This document shows positions 19,715-29,866 of a stretch of DNA of 64,000 nucleotides, one piece after another. The stretch lies in the IMG/VR virus record IMGVR_UViG_3300047469_000312, positions 108,465-172,464 of that record, one strand, 5' to 3'. Position 1 is the first letter of the stretch, and every line of letters begins with the position of its first letter. This DNA comes from a virus. Position numbers and translations under genes: made by a program. The notes below the pieces were generated by a model. That model did not search any database. It was not told where the DNA came from and worked only from the letters and a program-made list of their open reading frames with translations.

Positions 19715-19936
19715 ATGCGCTATAGGACAGCAAGAGAAGAAGTGAACCTCGTATGTTTTTGGCTCTGTCTGATCGCGGTCATCATTCTCGGCCTCTATCA
19801 GCTGCACGTGTATCGGGGCGAAGGCGTTCAGGACAAGGATCTCATCTGCACGCAAGGCGGCGCGGCTTACGTGATGTCGCTCGCCAAGATGATTCCGGTA
19901 CCGAGCAAGGACGCGGTCTGTAAGAAGAAGGAGTAG
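19715..19936 (+). CDS. Small membrane protein
   Basis: One TM segment, AAGGA RBS. Confidence 0.6.
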   Translation: MRYRTAREEVNLVCFWLCLIAVIILGLYQLHVYRGEGVQDKDLICTQGGAAYVMSLAKMIPVPSKDAVCKKKE

Positions 19937-19938
19937 TC

Positions 19939-20226
19939 GTGAGCACACCGGTCAGGTTGATGACCATCGGGGACGTGTGTCGTTTTACCAAAAAGAGCCG
20001 GGAGAAGATCGAGCTCTATTTGAGGCGACCAGAGAAGGCACCCGTGCCCTTTCCCCTACCTGTGGTGGTAGAAGGTAAGGAGCGCTGGTGGGACCGCAAA
20101 GCGATTAGACGTTGGGCAACGTGTTATGCGCAGTATCGGAGCATTGTGAACTTACGCGTGCGGGGCAATACGCGCGTACTGCATACACTTCCGAGCGCAC
20201 GGATCAAAGAGACTGATCCAAAATAA
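19939..20226 (+). CDS. AlpA-like HTH protein (paralog)
   Basis: LMTI.DV..FT..SR..I...FPLP......WW....I.RW. Confidence 0.6.
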   Translation: MSTPVRLMTIGDVCRFTKKSREKIELYLRRPEKAPVPFPLPVVVEGKERWWDRKAIRRWATCYAQYRSIVNLRVRGNTRVLHTLPSARIKETDPK

Positions 20227-20252
20227 TTTCAGACCTATATAACAAAGGTGAG
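20227..20252 (+). promoter_or_regulatory. Putative phage early promoter
   Basis: TTTCAGACCTATATAAC...GTGAG, recurrent intergenic motif. Confidence 0.6.
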
Positions 20253-20303
20253 TTGGAAACAATACCAGCTTAATCCACTTCACCAACGGAAAATACAATC
20301 ATC

Positions 20304-22334
20304 ATGAAATCGAATTCGATCAAGAAGAATGCCCTCCTCATCGCTTTGCTCGCTTCTGTCTCGGTTGGCGCTTATGCCAACTGCGGAAACGGCTACAACG
20401 GTAACGGTAACGGCTGCGGCGAAGGTCAAGTCGGCCCGCAAGGCCCGGCAGGCCCCGCAGGTGCCAACGGCAAGGACGGCGCGTCGGTTACTGGCGTGAA
20501 CATCAGCGGTTCGACGGTGACGACCACGCTGTCGAACGGCACATCGGTACAAGGTTCCGTGTCGGGTCTGGCCACCTCGGCTCAGCTGAACAGCACCAAC
20601 CAGAACGTGTCGCAACTGCAGCAGACCACCCAGCAACAAGGCTCGGCGATCAACAGCCTGCAGGTGAACAGCGCCACGCATCAGGAAGTGACCGACACTG
20701 CTGCAGGCACGCTGGCTGCAGCGAACGTGCATACCGACGCTTCGGTGGCGGCTGAAGCAAGCCGTGCCAAAGGCGCGGAAGCCAACCTGCAGTCGCAAGT
20801 AAATGGTGTGTCGAGCACGGCTAACCAAGCCTTGTCGAACTCGCAAGCCGCGCAAGCAACGGCCGGTCAAGCGAAGTCGATCGCGCAAGGTGCAGACGCC
20901 AAGGCCAATACGGCAATCGGCATCGCCACCGGTGCCGCTATCACGGCAACGGGTGCTGCCATCGTCGCGGGTCACGCTGAAGGCGTCGCTGAAGGTGCAG
21001 CAGCTCTTGCACAATCGGCTACGGCTACGGCAAACACCGCCAATGCGAAGGCCGACGCCAACGCAACGGCGATCAGCAAGGAAACCACCCGTGCGACCAC
21101 CGCGGAAGCAGGTCTGCAAACCGGTGTGAACAAGGCGCAAGCGACGGCAGACGCAGCGGGTAAAGCCGCTTCGCATGCACAAGGTACGGCAGATGCCGCC
21201 CTGGTCGTCGGCAGTGCAGCACTCGGTCTGGCAGGTAAGGCAGAAGGCGACGCTCAGCACGCCCAGTCGACCGCGAACACGGCGCTGAATCAGTCCAAGC
21301 AAAACAGCTCGGCTATCTCGGACCTGCAAGCGAACAGCGCAACCCACGCTGAAGTTGCGACCGCCACGCAAACGGCGATCGATACGTCGATGGACTACAC
21401 CAACAACGTCGCGCACGATTTGCAAGCCCAGCAACAAGCCGGTGATGCGGCTACCCTGAGCGCCGCTAACGCGAACGCAGCAGCAGGGGATGCGAAGACG
21501 CTGAAGTCGGCGAACTCGCACGCCGATGCGGCCGCCGCCGCAGCTTACGTCGGTGCAGTGGCTACGTCGGGTGCTTACACCGACTACGTCGCAGGCAAGA
21601 CGCTTAACTCGGCCAAGGGCTACACCGACAAGCAAGTCGGCGCAGAATCGAGCCGTGCCCAAGCTGCCGAAAGCACGTTGCAGTCCAACATCAATACGGA
21701 ATCGAATCGCGCCCAGACTGCGGAAGCAGGCCTGAACACGAAGATCGACAACGAAACGACGCGTGCTACGACGGCAGAAGCCGGACTGCAAACCCAGATC
21801 ACCGGGAATACCCAGTCCATCACCCAGCTCCAAGCTGATGTGAATAAGGGCCAAGTCGGCGCAACCGCGAAGGTGCAGTCGAACAACTCGGTGGCACTCG
21901 GTGCGAACTCGGTGGCTGATCGTGACAATTCGGTGTCGGTGGGTTCCGCCGGTAACGAACGTCAGATCACCAACGTGGCGGCCGGTACGGCGCCGACCGA
22001 TGCAGCGAACGTGGGCCAGGTGAACTACGCGCAGCAACAGTCGTACGCTTACACCGACCGTGCGGTGGCGAACCTGCAGAACCAGTTCGACAGCTACAAG
22101 AAGGACACCTACGGTGGCCTCGCTTCGGTGCTGGCGATCGCGGGTCTGCCGCAACCGACGCAAGCAGGCAAGTCGATGATCTCCGCTGCGGTGTCGAACT
22201 ACCATGGCCAACAAGGCCTGGCAATCGGCGTCTCGACGGTGACCGGTGACAACCACTGGGTCATCAAGGCAGGCGTGTCAACCAGCAGCCGCGGCGACGT
22301 GGCGGCAGTGGGTTCGGCTGGCTTCCAGTTCTAA
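20304..22334 (+). CDS. YadA-family trimeric autotransporter adhesin
   Basis: Signal peptide, collagen G-X-Y run, coiled stalk repeats, [18 protein letters not shown]...[18 protein letters not shown] neck, beta-barrel anchor ending AGFQF. Confidence 0.92.
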   Translation: MKSNSIKKNALLIALLASVSVGAYANCGNGYNGNGNGCGEGQVGPQGPAGPAGANGKDGASVTGVNISGSTVTTTLSNGTSVQGSVSGLATSAQLNSTNQNVSQLQQTTQQQGSAINSLQVNSATHQEVTDTAAGTLAAANVHTDASVAAEASRAKGAEANLQSQVNGVSSTANQALSNSQAAQATAGQAKSIAQGADAKANTAIGIATGAAITATGAAIVAGHAEGVAEGAAALAQSATATANTANAKADANATAISKETTRATTAEAGLQTGVNKAQATADAAGKAASHAQGTADAALVVGSAALGLAGKAEGDAQHAQSTANTALNQSKQNSSAISDLQANSATHAEVATATQTAIDTSMDYTNNVAHDLQAQQQAGDAATLSAANANAAAGDAKTLKSANSHADAAAAAAYVGAVATSGAYTDYVAGKTLNSAKGYTDKQVGAESSRAQAAESTLQSNINTESNRAQTAEAGLNTKIDNETTRATTAEAGLQTQITGNTQSITQLQADVNKGQVGATAKVQSNNSVALGANSVADRDNSVSVGSAGNERQITNVAAGTAPTDAANVGQVNYAQQQSYAYTDRAVANLQNQFDSYKKDTYGGLASVLAIAGLPQPTQAGKSMISAAVSNYHGQQGLAIGVSTVTGDNHWVIKAGVSTSSRGDVAAVGSAGFQF

Positions 22335-22344
22335 ACTGCTTCAT

Positions 22345-22379
22345 GCCCACTACTTCCGGCTTCGGCTGGGGTAGTGGGT
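22345..22379 (+). terminator. Hairpin after the adhesin gene
   Basis: GCCCACTAC...GTAGTGGGT stem, followed by a second hairpin and T-run to ~22407. Confidence 0.65.
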
Positions 22380-22425
22380 TGAGGGATTTCGATCCCTCTT
22401 TTTTTTTGTTCAAAACGAGACTAAA

Positions 22426-22773
22426 TTGGAGACCGTTGTGGATTCACTTATTAAGTTCCTGGCATTTGCATTTCAAGACGGTGCATTCGAAGGTGAGCAC
22501 AGCGCAGAAGAGTTGCTGGCGAAGCTCTCGACACGCGAAGACTGTAGCGAAGACACTGTGACCTTCTTGCGTCATTCGGCCAAGACAGGTTTACTCAATC
22601 TGAGCGTCTGCGAAATCCTCTCGGGCAAGCGCAGTGAAGCCAAGCGCGAAGCATTCGGGCTGGATTACCTGCAAGCGAAGTTGCTGGTCCGTTCGCTGCC
22701 GGATCGCATCGAGCACGTCATGCGTGAAGCAAGGCATTGGGAACACCTACGCAATACCGCAGCAGCTGCTTAA
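22426..22773 (+). CDS. Hypothetical protein
   Basis: ORF with TTG start. Confidence 0.6.
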   Translation: METVVDSLIKFLAFAFQDGAFEGEHSAEELLAKLSTREDCSEDTVTFLRHSAKTGLLNLSVCEILSGKRSEAKREAFGLDYLQAKLLVRSLPDRIEHVMREARHWEHLRNTAAAA

Positions 22774-22944
22774 AGGAGCAACGATGTACAAGCGTTACTG
22801 TCATTACCTGCCATGCATGTTTAAGGGTTGTATTAACCCGACCATGCTAAACAGCGACTACTGCTACGAGCACTTCGACGTGCAAGGGCGTGAAGCCAAG
22901 TGAAGTAGCGCAGCAGGTCCATTAACCTAGATGGGAGAGAAGAC

Positions 22945-23445
22945 ATGCGCCGATGGGGAAACGTCGTGGCGTTTTACACTCGTCGTGATTTCATGTCAAA
23001 CCACTACATCTGTCACTTCAAAGTGAAGGGCATTTCGTTCTCGTCGCTCGAGCAGTTCATGATGTACTGCAAGGCGATGCTCTTTAAGGACCACGATGTA
23101 GCGGAGCTCATTCTGAAGACCGATAACCCGCAAGCGCAGAAAGTCTTAGGACGCAAAGTGCGCGGTTACGTCGATGCAGTGTGGGTGGCCAAGCGAGAGC
23201 AGTTTATTCTCATTGGCATGCTTGAGAAGTATAGTCAGAACCCGCAGGAGCGCCAGTGGCTCCTCGAGACGGGCAATGACATCCTGGTCGAAGCCAGCGA
23301 ACGCGATACCGTGTACGGCGTGGGTCTCAGTGAAGACGATCCCCGTATCGAGAATCCCTATGAGTGGAAAGGTGCCAACTTGTGTGGTGTCCTGACCATG
23401 AAGGCTCGGGAGCAGTTGCAGACCCGAGCAGTTCGTGTGGGGTAA
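22945..23445 (+). CDS. NADAR-family (YbiA-like) protein
   Basis: FMSNHY, EQFMMYCKAMLF.D, K.LGRKV, LVEAS..D..YGVG, G.NL.G..M..RE.L. Confidence 0.9.
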   Translation: MRRWGNVVAFYTRRDFMSNHYICHFKVKGISFSSLEQFMMYCKAMLFKDHDVAELILKTDNPQAQKVLGRKVRGYVDAVWVAKREQFILIGMLEKYSQNPQERQWLLETGNDILVEASERDTVYGVGLSEDDPRIENPYEWKGANLCGVLTMKAREQLQTRAVRVG

Positions 23446-23461
23446 GGCCAGGAGGGAGGTG

Positions 23462-23869
23462 ATGGCAGAGAAGTGTAGTAGCTGCAAGACGGCACGGGTG
23501 TTTGACGCGTCGGCTTGCGTAGAGTGTGGTCGCGGTTTTCCTGCGACTGCGGTATCGGCGGAAAACGCCTACTGGGCGCTCTTGCCTGTCATGCGTGACA
23601 TGGCGCGACGACTCGGCTGGTGTTTGGCGCTTTATGGACCACTGCGTCGGGACATGGACATGGTGGCCGTACCGTGGAAGGAAGACGCTGTGCCTCACGA
23701 ACAGCTTCTCGAAGAAATCATTAAGACTTTTGGCGATCGCTATTCCGACGCGCAACCCGATTCGACAATCGGCCGACAGGGCGTCACCGTAATCTGTCGC
23801 AAGCGCATCGTGCGTGAGTGTGGCAGCTACATCGACGTCTCGGTAGTAGACCCTCGCATCAAAGAGTGA
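23462..23869 (+). CDS. Hypothetical protein with zinc ribbon and possible nucleotidyltransferase-like motif
   Basis: CxxC...CxxC; YGPLRRDMDMVAVPW. Confidence 0.6.
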   Translation: MAEKCSSCKTARVFDASACVECGRGFPATAVSAENAYWALLPVMRDMARRLGWCLALYGPLRRDMDMVAVPWKEDAVPHEQLLEEIIKTFGDRYSDAQPDSTIGRQGVTVICRKRIVRECGSYIDVSVVDPRIKE

Positions 23870-23879
23870 AAAGGAACCT

Positions 23880-24215
23880 ATGCGACTCGTTAATCGTCGT
23901 TTGATGTTACAGATGCCGATCTCCACTGTGTATTCGATGTGGATTCCGAATAGTTACGTCGAGCTGTTTGTGTTCACGGGACTGCGTGGCACAGAAGAGT
24001 GGGAAGCCATCAAGTTAGTCGATGGCGTGAAAACCGCGTTCTTCCTTGATCCTGTTTTTGTTAAGTCCGTGCCGCGCTTCACGCCTGCACCAGGCGACAC
24101 GCGCAGCCAGCTGTATCTGATCTGGGAAGAGGCAGACATTCAACGCATGCTGGGCCGCATGCAAGCGGCACTGGCATCCGTGCCGAACCAGGCACACGTA
24201 TTCTTAGGGGACTGA
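23880..24215 (+). CDS. Hypothetical protein
   Basis: RBS, packed ORF; weakly similar to 24459-24818. Confidence 0.7.
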   Translation: MRLVNRRLMLQMPISTVYSMWIPNSYVELFVFTGLRGTEEWEAIKLVDGVKTAFFLDPVFVKSVPRFTPAPGDTRSQLYLIWEEADIQRMLGRMQAALASVPNQAHVFLGD

Positions 24216-24216
24216 C

Positions 24217-24456
24217 ATGAGTTGGTGGGTGAAGATCACGGCGAGTGCCTTTGGCTGCTACGCGATGGGTAGTTGTTTGCTGGCCATGATGATGGTGTTG
24301 CACTACGTGGGACATCGTCGCAAACTTGGGCGCGCAGAATGGCTGACCGTGCTCACGTGCTTGCCGCTGGTCAATGTCGTGGTCATCGCCTACCTCGTCC
24401 TCGAAGGCGTCACCAAGGTCACGGGCAAGCCGATTAATATCGGACCAAAGAGGTAG
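24217..24456 (+). CDS. Small membrane protein
   Basis: Two TM segments. Confidence 0.65.
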   Translation: MSWWVKITASAFGCYAMGSCLLAMMMVLHYVGHRRKLGRAEWLTVLTCLPLVNVVVIAYLVLEGVTKVTGKPINIGPKR

Positions 24457-24458
24457 CG

Positions 24459-24818
24459 ATGAGAATTGTAGGCTTGGAAGAATTCCTCGCTCTGCCGAAC
24501 GAGACCCTCTTCTGTAAGTATTACAACGAGGCGAGCTGGGGGGATCTGCGTATCAAGACGGGACTGGCGGCTCAGGGCGACTACATGTTCCAGAACGTGT
24601 TGGAGGTGAAAGCCGATGACGCGGACCATAGCCGCATGCTTCAGCGCACTGCGGTAGCCAGTTGCAGTCGTTTCAGTCTGGACTTACGCTGTCCGGCACG
24701 CGATACCCTCGGCCACGCCAATGCGAAATTCGTGGTGTTCGAGAAAAGTGACGTTAAAGCCATCATGGAGCGACTCAAGTCCGTGATGAAAGCATTTGAG
24801 GAAAAGAATGGCAGTTGA
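24459..24818 (+). CDS. Hypothetical protein
   Basis: Packed ORF with GAGG RBS. Confidence 0.7.
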   Translation: MRIVGLEEFLALPNETLFCKYYNEASWGDLRIKTGLAAQGDYMFQNVLEVKADDADHSRMLQRTAVASCSRFSLDLRCPARDTLGHANAKFVVFEKSDVKAIMERLKSVMKAFEEKNGS

Positions 24819-24984
24819 ATCGGGTTGCATCGGCGTGTGTTCCACGCTTTTCGATGCAGTGTGTAAGGGCTGTGGTCGCACTCAGGCAGATGTCGATGGC
24901 TGGGTGTTTCTCACGGAAGATGAACAACGTGAAGCAGTCCGAAACGCACAGGAACGACTGCGGCAGGCGGAGGCGCAGAAATGA
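24808..24984 (+). CDS. DUF1289-like Cys-cluster protein
   Basis: CIGVCS....VCKGCGRT..DV..W..LTE.EQR. Confidence 0.8.
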   Translation: MAVESGCIGVCSTLFDAVCKGCGRTQADVDGWVFLTEDEQREAVRNAQERLRQAEAQK

Positions 24985-25457
24985 AGCAGCTGGCTCAAGG
25001 ACTGGATAAGGGTTACACGAACTCGTTCCGGGAGTATTTCGAGAACTTCCTCTGGGCACGGGAAACCACCCCGGAAGTGAACCTGACGGACATCGGCTTT
25101 ACGCTGACGCCGAAGGGAGCGATCGACATGCGCCACGGGGTGGACAACGTGCGCTTTGCTTACGGCACGTTTGCCAAGTTCAAGACCACGACTGGCATGC
25201 GAGTGGTGCTGCTGATGACGCGCCTCGGTGCGATCGGGTTGTACGAGTACATCGAAGACCCGAGTAAGCCGAACAACCTGAAGCTGGGGCTGCTGCAATC
25301 CACCGCCGTCGCCACGCACTGGTTTATCCGCAAGGCAGAAGGCAACGACGCGCAACTCGAACAACTGCTGTGGCTCTTTGGTGTCCCGGAGAAGGGCATC
25401 ATGAATCTGGCTGAACGACTCGATGCGCTTGCTGAGCAGTTGAGTGTGAAGCCGTAA
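24981..25457 (+). CDS. Hypothetical protein
   Basis: ATGA overlap. Confidence 0.7.
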   Translation: MKQLAQGLDKGYTNSFREYFENFLWARETTPEVNLTDIGFTLTPKGAIDMRHGVDNVRFAYGTFAKFKTTTGMRVVLLMTRLGAIGLYEYIEDPSKPNNLKLGLLQSTAVATHWFIRKAEGNDAQLEQLLWLFGVPEKGIMNLAERLDALAEQLSVKP

Positions 25458-25472
25458 CATCGGGGAAGGACC

Positions 25473-25757
25473 ATGCCGTACCAATTTGTTTTGGGTTCGC
25501 CCACGCGCGCCGGTGCGCACAGCAACATCGAGTATTTTAGCGAACACGCGGACCGGGGCGATGTCCCCAACATCGTGACGCTGGAAATTCGTGCGATGCG
25601 TTTCAATACGCAGGCTGAGGCCGGTGCCCGCATTGCCGACTTCATGCAAGCAAAGCAAGGCCAGAAGCAAGCGATTCGTCGTTCGTTGGGTCGGGAAGAA
25701 AAACCGCTTTACGAACCGCAGGATAGTTCGCCGATCTACATCTTGCCAGTGGAGTGA
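25473..25757 (+). CDS. Hypothetical protein
   Basis: RBS, ORF. Confidence 0.65.
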   Translation: MPYQFVLGSPTRAGAHSNIEYFSEHADRGDVPNIVTLEIRAMRFNTQAEAGARIADFMQAKQGQKQAIRRSLGREEKPLYEPQDSSPIYILPVE

Positions 25758-25765
25758 CTGGACCT

Positions 25766-25795
25766 GAGGCGGGCTTCGGCTCGCCTCCTATGCCG
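25766..25795 (+). terminator. Hairpin + TATGCCG signal
   Basis: GAGGCGGGC-TTCG-GCTCGCCTC then CTATGCCG. Confidence 0.65.
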
Positions 25796-25845
25796 CTAAA
25801 TCGAAAGCCATCGTATGAATCTATTCTTTCTCACTGGAGCAGTAC

Positions 25846-26370
25846 ATGGCACTCTCTGACGAACTCGCTCAACTTCAAACCGCAGTTGCCAGCACCGGCA
25901 CCGCGATCCACAATAAAGACAGTGCTGAAGCCACGACGCGCCAGAATGCGGATATTGCGCTCGGCGCGCAGGTCGGCAGTCAACGGGGTCTGGTATCGAT
26001 CAAAACGGGCGCCAGCACCCTGCCAGCCGATCCTTGGGGGTATGTCTACCAGACCGACGCGGCGAACACCACGGGTGCGCTGAGCACTGCTTTGCCTGCT
26101 GCAGCACCTGCCAACGCGGGTAAGCGCTTGGTCTTTGAAAATACCTCGGGGTTTAACTGGACGCTCACGGCGTCCAACATTTTGTCCTCGCAAAGCAACG
26201 GCGCGGCTTCACTGGTGCTCGCCCCTGGTACGACGGCTGAACTCTATCACGACGGTGCCAGCTACCTGGTCGAAGGCGGCACCTATGTAAGTGGCGGCAA
26301 CGGTAAGACGACAGTGTCCGCTGCGGCTCCCTCGGGTGGTGCGAATGGCGATACTTGGTATCAGGTGTAA
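25846..26370 (+). CDS. Tail-fibre-associated virion protein
   Basis: Ala/Thr/Gly-rich; ends TVSAAAPSGGANGDTWYQV, a typical fibre-tip motif. Confidence 0.6.
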   Translation: MALSDELAQLQTAVASTGTAIHNKDSAEATTRQNADIALGAQVGSQRGLVSIKTGASTLPADPWGYVYQTDAANTTGALSTALPAAAPANAGKRLVFENTSGFNWTLTASNILSSQSNGAASLVLAPGTTAELYHDGASYLVEGGTYVSGGNGKTTVSAAAPSGGANGDTWYQV

Positions 26371-26372
26371 AC

Positions 26373-27086
26373 ATGCCGATCTACAAGAACATTAGCGGAA
26401 CGTGGACTGTCACCAAACACCTCTGGCGCAACATCAACGGCACCTGGACCAAGGTGCGGCGCGCCTTTCGCAATGTGAACGGCACCTGGACGCAGTACCA
26501 CGGCGATAACGACTTTACGGCGTATTCGTTGGGCTTGCTCCAGAACCGTATTGCGGCGGCCAATGGGGGACTGTGGATGAATGGGGCCCAGAAGTTGGGT
26601 CCGACTCGCTCTTACAGTCTTGTCACCTTTGACAAGTACGGCAACATCGCCTTTAGTCGCTCGTACGATATTTTCGGCGAAGCCTCGGACGGCTCACCTA
26701 CCGCGACCCCGTATGGTTCGGCACAGTTTTCAGCCGACGTGGGCGCGCTCGCGACGGGTACGAACTTCGTGCTCGTCACCTACGACGAACCCGCGAGTGG
26801 TGTCGCCCCCGTTGAGCCAGGGGTGACTAATCCCCCGATCGCAGCGGTTGATAACGCACTGGTGGCGCTCGGAGCCTCGAGCTCGATGTTAAACAGTATT
26901 CAGTATCGAGGCGCGTACTTGCTGCTCGGTAGCAAGGGGGGCACCAAGGCGGCTGAGCTCTACGCCGGGACGTATCAAACCGGCATTGGTAGCGGTGGCA
27001 CGGACGCGGGTTGTTTGGATGGCGCCGTGGGTGTCACGTTCAATGTGGTCAACGGAGTCATCAGTAACGTGGTAAGGACACTTTAA
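26373..27086 (+). CDS. Virion protein with ILEI/PANDER-like domain
   Basis: N-terminal (N)I.GTW repeats x3; SYDIF...TYDEP...AL..LGA....YRGAY.L.G.KG. Confidence 0.55.
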   Translation: MPIYKNISGTWTVTKHLWRNINGTWTKVRRAFRNVNGTWTQYHGDNDFTAYSLGLLQNRIAAANGGLWMNGAQKLGPTRSYSLVTFDKYGNIAFSRSYDIFGEASDGSPTATPYGSAQFSADVGALATGTNFVLVTYDEPASGVAPVEPGVTNPPIAAVDNALVALGASSSMLNSIQYRGAYLLLGSKGGTKAAELYAGTYQTGIGSGGTDAGCLDGAVGVTFNVVNGVISNVVRTL

Positions 27087-27089
27087 GCA

Positions 27090-27812
27090 ATGAACCCAAT
27101 CGCCCTTCTGGCAGCAGCGCAGCGTGCGCAAGCTGTCTATATTCCCGATGCGCTGGCTGCTCAGAAGGCCTTCAGCGGGCTCGGGATGACTTACCTGGGA
27201 CAATACCAGGATGCCACTCACCAAGGCGCTGTATCGACTGATAGCAAGGGTCGTTACTATGTGTCCATTTCCGGCACGCGTTACTCCGAAGGCTACGGGG
27301 CGGATCTCTTTGCTGATATTTGGCTGGCACCGCATGACTGCTTAAAGGGCGGTCAAGTCGCCTCAGGCATCATCGAAGGCATGGACAAGTTCTGGGCCTG
27401 GGCTTTGAGTAAGATCCCGGCTACCGCAGAAATCAGTGTCGAGGGTCACTCCTTGGGGGCTGAGCGCGCTTTGCTCACGCCGATGTTTCTGCCCAAAGAA
27501 CGCGTCGGTGACATCTATGCATTTGAGCCGCCGATGTTTGCCACCCCGGAATGGTGGGCAGCCTATGGACCCGATCTGGTGAACGCGGTCTGTACGGTAC
27601 AAGGTGCTGACCGCTGGTTTGCCTGGCCCCCGCGTCAAGGCTATGTCCACAACCCGGCAGGCAAGTATATGTGGTTGATGTCGACCGCCGCTGAGTGGAT
27701 CAAGGCGACTGACTGGAAACCCTCCGGCTTCTCAGACCAGGACCACTCGATTGACCGTTTGGTGGAGCGGGTGCAAGAAGCCATTCATGGCAACTGGTTC
27801 CCGCAATTCTAG
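27090..27812 (+). CDS. Class-3-lipase-like alpha/beta hydrolase
   Basis: SISGT, VEGHSLGA nucleophile elbow, C-terminal DH. Confidence 0.75.
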   Translation: MNPIALLAAAQRAQAVYIPDALAAQKAFSGLGMTYLGQYQDATHQGAVSTDSKGRYYVSISGTRYSEGYGADLFADIWLAPHDCLKGGQVASGIIEGMDKFWAWALSKIPATAEISVEGHSLGAERALLTPMFLPKERVGDIYAFEPPMFATPEWWAAYGPDLVNAVCTVQGADRWFAWPPRQGYVHNPAGKYMWLMSTAAEWIKATDWKPSGFSDQDHSIDRLVERVQEAIHGNWFPQF

Positions 27813-28112
27813 TATTCTATGGAACTGTTCGTGATGGGGCATCGTTCCTTCTCCTGAGAGGTGGTTGTCGTTCGGCGCGAGCCGGTTATAAGGGTGGGCT
27901 CTCCGGGCCTGCCTTTATGACGCTATGTTATGCAGAGCCTGTGTGGCCTGTTAAGTCTACGCGATGAGAGCGCTTCATTGAAAGCGCATACGCTCGATGA
28001 GACCGTGAGACCTCCTCCGGAAAGGGGACATGGATGCCGGGACTTCGGTCCCGGCTCTATGCTGCAAATTTTACGTATGTGGCTTACGGTATGCGGAAAT
28101 GAGGAGGAATTC

Positions 28113-28514
28113 ATGGAACAAACAGAATACTTAATCATCGATACCCTGAAGCCATTAGGGCGGTTTCTGAAGGACACGGCGTTCTTTAGACAGACCCAGT
28201 ACGATGGTGAAGTGATTGCTCAGGAATACATCGAGGACTATTTAGATCAGGTGCTCGATCGGGTGATTGATTGTGTCTCGCACGAGCATCAGGCCCACTC
28301 TCGGCTGTGGGACTACGCCAACGAAATCAAGGACAATGGTTTCTTGACGGACTCGGCACCCGAATCTATTGTTCTGGCGCAAGGCGTCGTGGTGTTGGGT
28401 GATGCGTTGGTGGACCAGCTGCGTGAGCTGCGGGCTTACGATGAGAAACACCAATTCAATTATCATCTCTCGGGTCGCATTGCACACGCTGACCTGATTC
28501 TCGCGAAGATCTAA
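28113..28514 (+). CDS. Hypothetical protein
   Basis: GAGGAGG RBS before ATG 28113. Confidence 0.75.
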   Translation: MEQTEYLIIDTLKPLGRFLKDTAFFRQTQYDGEVIAQEYIEDYLDQVLDRVIDCVSHEHQAHSRLWDYANEIKDNGFLTDSAPESIVLAQGVVVLGDALVDQLRELRAYDEKHQFNYHLSGRIAHADLILAKI

Positions 28515-28516
28515 TC

Positions 28517-28930
28517 ATGCTCTATCCTAAAACTGTGGAAACACCACCGGGCCCGGAGCGCATTGTGTTCGATCTGTGGGACATCGAACCCGCGTTTCGC
28601 AAGAAGGTCAACTGGATGAAAGACTTCGAGGGTTCACTACCCGAAGTGCTGGAGCTCTTGCCGCCGTACATCAACAACCCCATCGACGCGGAGCAGGGAC
28701 TGAAGTCGTACATGGAGTGGACTGTCAGAGAACATGCGCTGCAAGGTTGCGAGAACGATGGCAAGATCTACGCGGGAGCAATCCAGTTAGTGGGTCAGTA
28801 CATGATCGAGCAGTTCATCAAGCTCGGTCTTTATCGGGACGGCATGTGCTACTACGTGCCCGATGGTTGGCTGGATAGCTACTCACCGGTCTACAAGAAG
28901 GTGAGCATCGAAGAACTCTTTAACGTCTAA
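28517..28930 (+). CDS. Hypothetical protein
   Basis: Packed ORF. Confidence 0.75.
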   Translation: MLYPKTVETPPGPERIVFDLWDIEPAFRKKVNWMKDFEGSLPEVLELLPPYINNPIDAEQGLKSYMEWTVREHALQGCENDGKIYAGAIQLVGQYMIEQFIKLGLYRDGMCYYVPDGWLDSYSPVYKKVSIEELFNV

Positions 28931-28934
28931 CATC

Positions 28935-29678
28935 ATGGAAGAAGACAACAAGAAAGTCCCCCTCCTGCTTTTTTCAGGCGGCATGGACTCAACCTACCTG
29001 CTTCAGTGGTTCCTGCACTATGGGGATGTGGATACGCTCTTTGTGCAAGCTAACCCGCATCCGCTGAAGTTGGTCAAGGAAAAGGAGGCGCGCAAGAAGC
29101 TCTTCGCGCTCTTCGAAAAGCACTATAAACATCGCGTACTCCAGGATCACGAGATCGAGCTGAATCGACTCTTTGGCGAGAATAGTGACATCAAGGCGGT
29201 GCAACCGATCAGCTGGTTGACGGCGGCGTTGATTGCCTTTGATTCGCAACGCCATCATTCGGTGAGCGTGGGCTACGTGCTCGGGGACCAAGCACCGGTC
29301 TATCAGCAACAGTTTAAAGCTTACTGGGAAGCGGGCTGGGTGATGACGCGTGGACCACGTGAGGCCGTGCCGCAGTTGGTCTTCCCGCTGGTGGAAACGC
29401 ACCACACCAAGTACGACACCATCAATCGAATCGACAAGCGGCTCGTGATGGCCACCTGGGTGTGTGAGACGCCGTATGAAGTCGGCGAGGCTGCGCACAA
29501 GACCATCAAAGCGTGTACGCGCTGTGGTCCGTGTCGACTCTTGCATCACACGGTCAAAGACTGGGAAGACAATCACCATCAGAACTACCTGGGTGAAGTG
29601 ATCAAAGCAATGAATCCGGACAAGTACCCGAGTTCCTTGCTGCATGAATTGGCCGTCCAGCCGAAGGACTTCGTCTAA
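28935..29678 (+). CDS. QueC-like PP-loop ATPase
   Basis: LLFSGGMDST PP-loop; TWVCE...CTRCGPC zinc site. Confidence 0.7.
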   Translation: MEEDNKKVPLLLFSGGMDSTYLLQWFLHYGDVDTLFVQANPHPLKLVKEKEARKKLFALFEKHYKHRVLQDHEIELNRLFGENSDIKAVQPISWLTAALIAFDSQRHHSVSVGYVLGDQAPVYQQQFKAYWEAGWVMTRGPREAVPQLVFPLVETHHTKYDTINRIDKRLVMATWVCETPYEVGEAAHKTIKACTRCGPCRLLHHTVKDWEDNHHQNYLGEVIKAMNPDKYPSSLLHELAVQPKDFV

Positions 29679-29866
29679 AAGTAATTTTTGCCTTGCATTC
29701 ACCATGTTGTGCACACATGACCACATGACCGATCTAACCGGATTCCCCACTCGATTGCGAGGCTAACAGGGGAGACCAACCAGATCGTCCTGCTCGAGGA
29801 GCCAACATGAAAAAGGAAGCGTGATGAAGAAGTACTAATTCATTTCAGTTTCTGTTTGAGTGTAAG

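Noticed and set aside
19459-20226. Prophage excision module (AlpA/Xis-like genes)
   Set aside because: No integrase, att site or repressor switch is nearby; the genes are treated as stand-alone regulators.
20280-22256. 658-aa minus-strand ORF
   Set aside because: It is an antisense shadow of the adhesin gene caused by biased codon usage. The same applies to other long minus-strand ORFs (808-1932, 49314-50729, 51577-52674).
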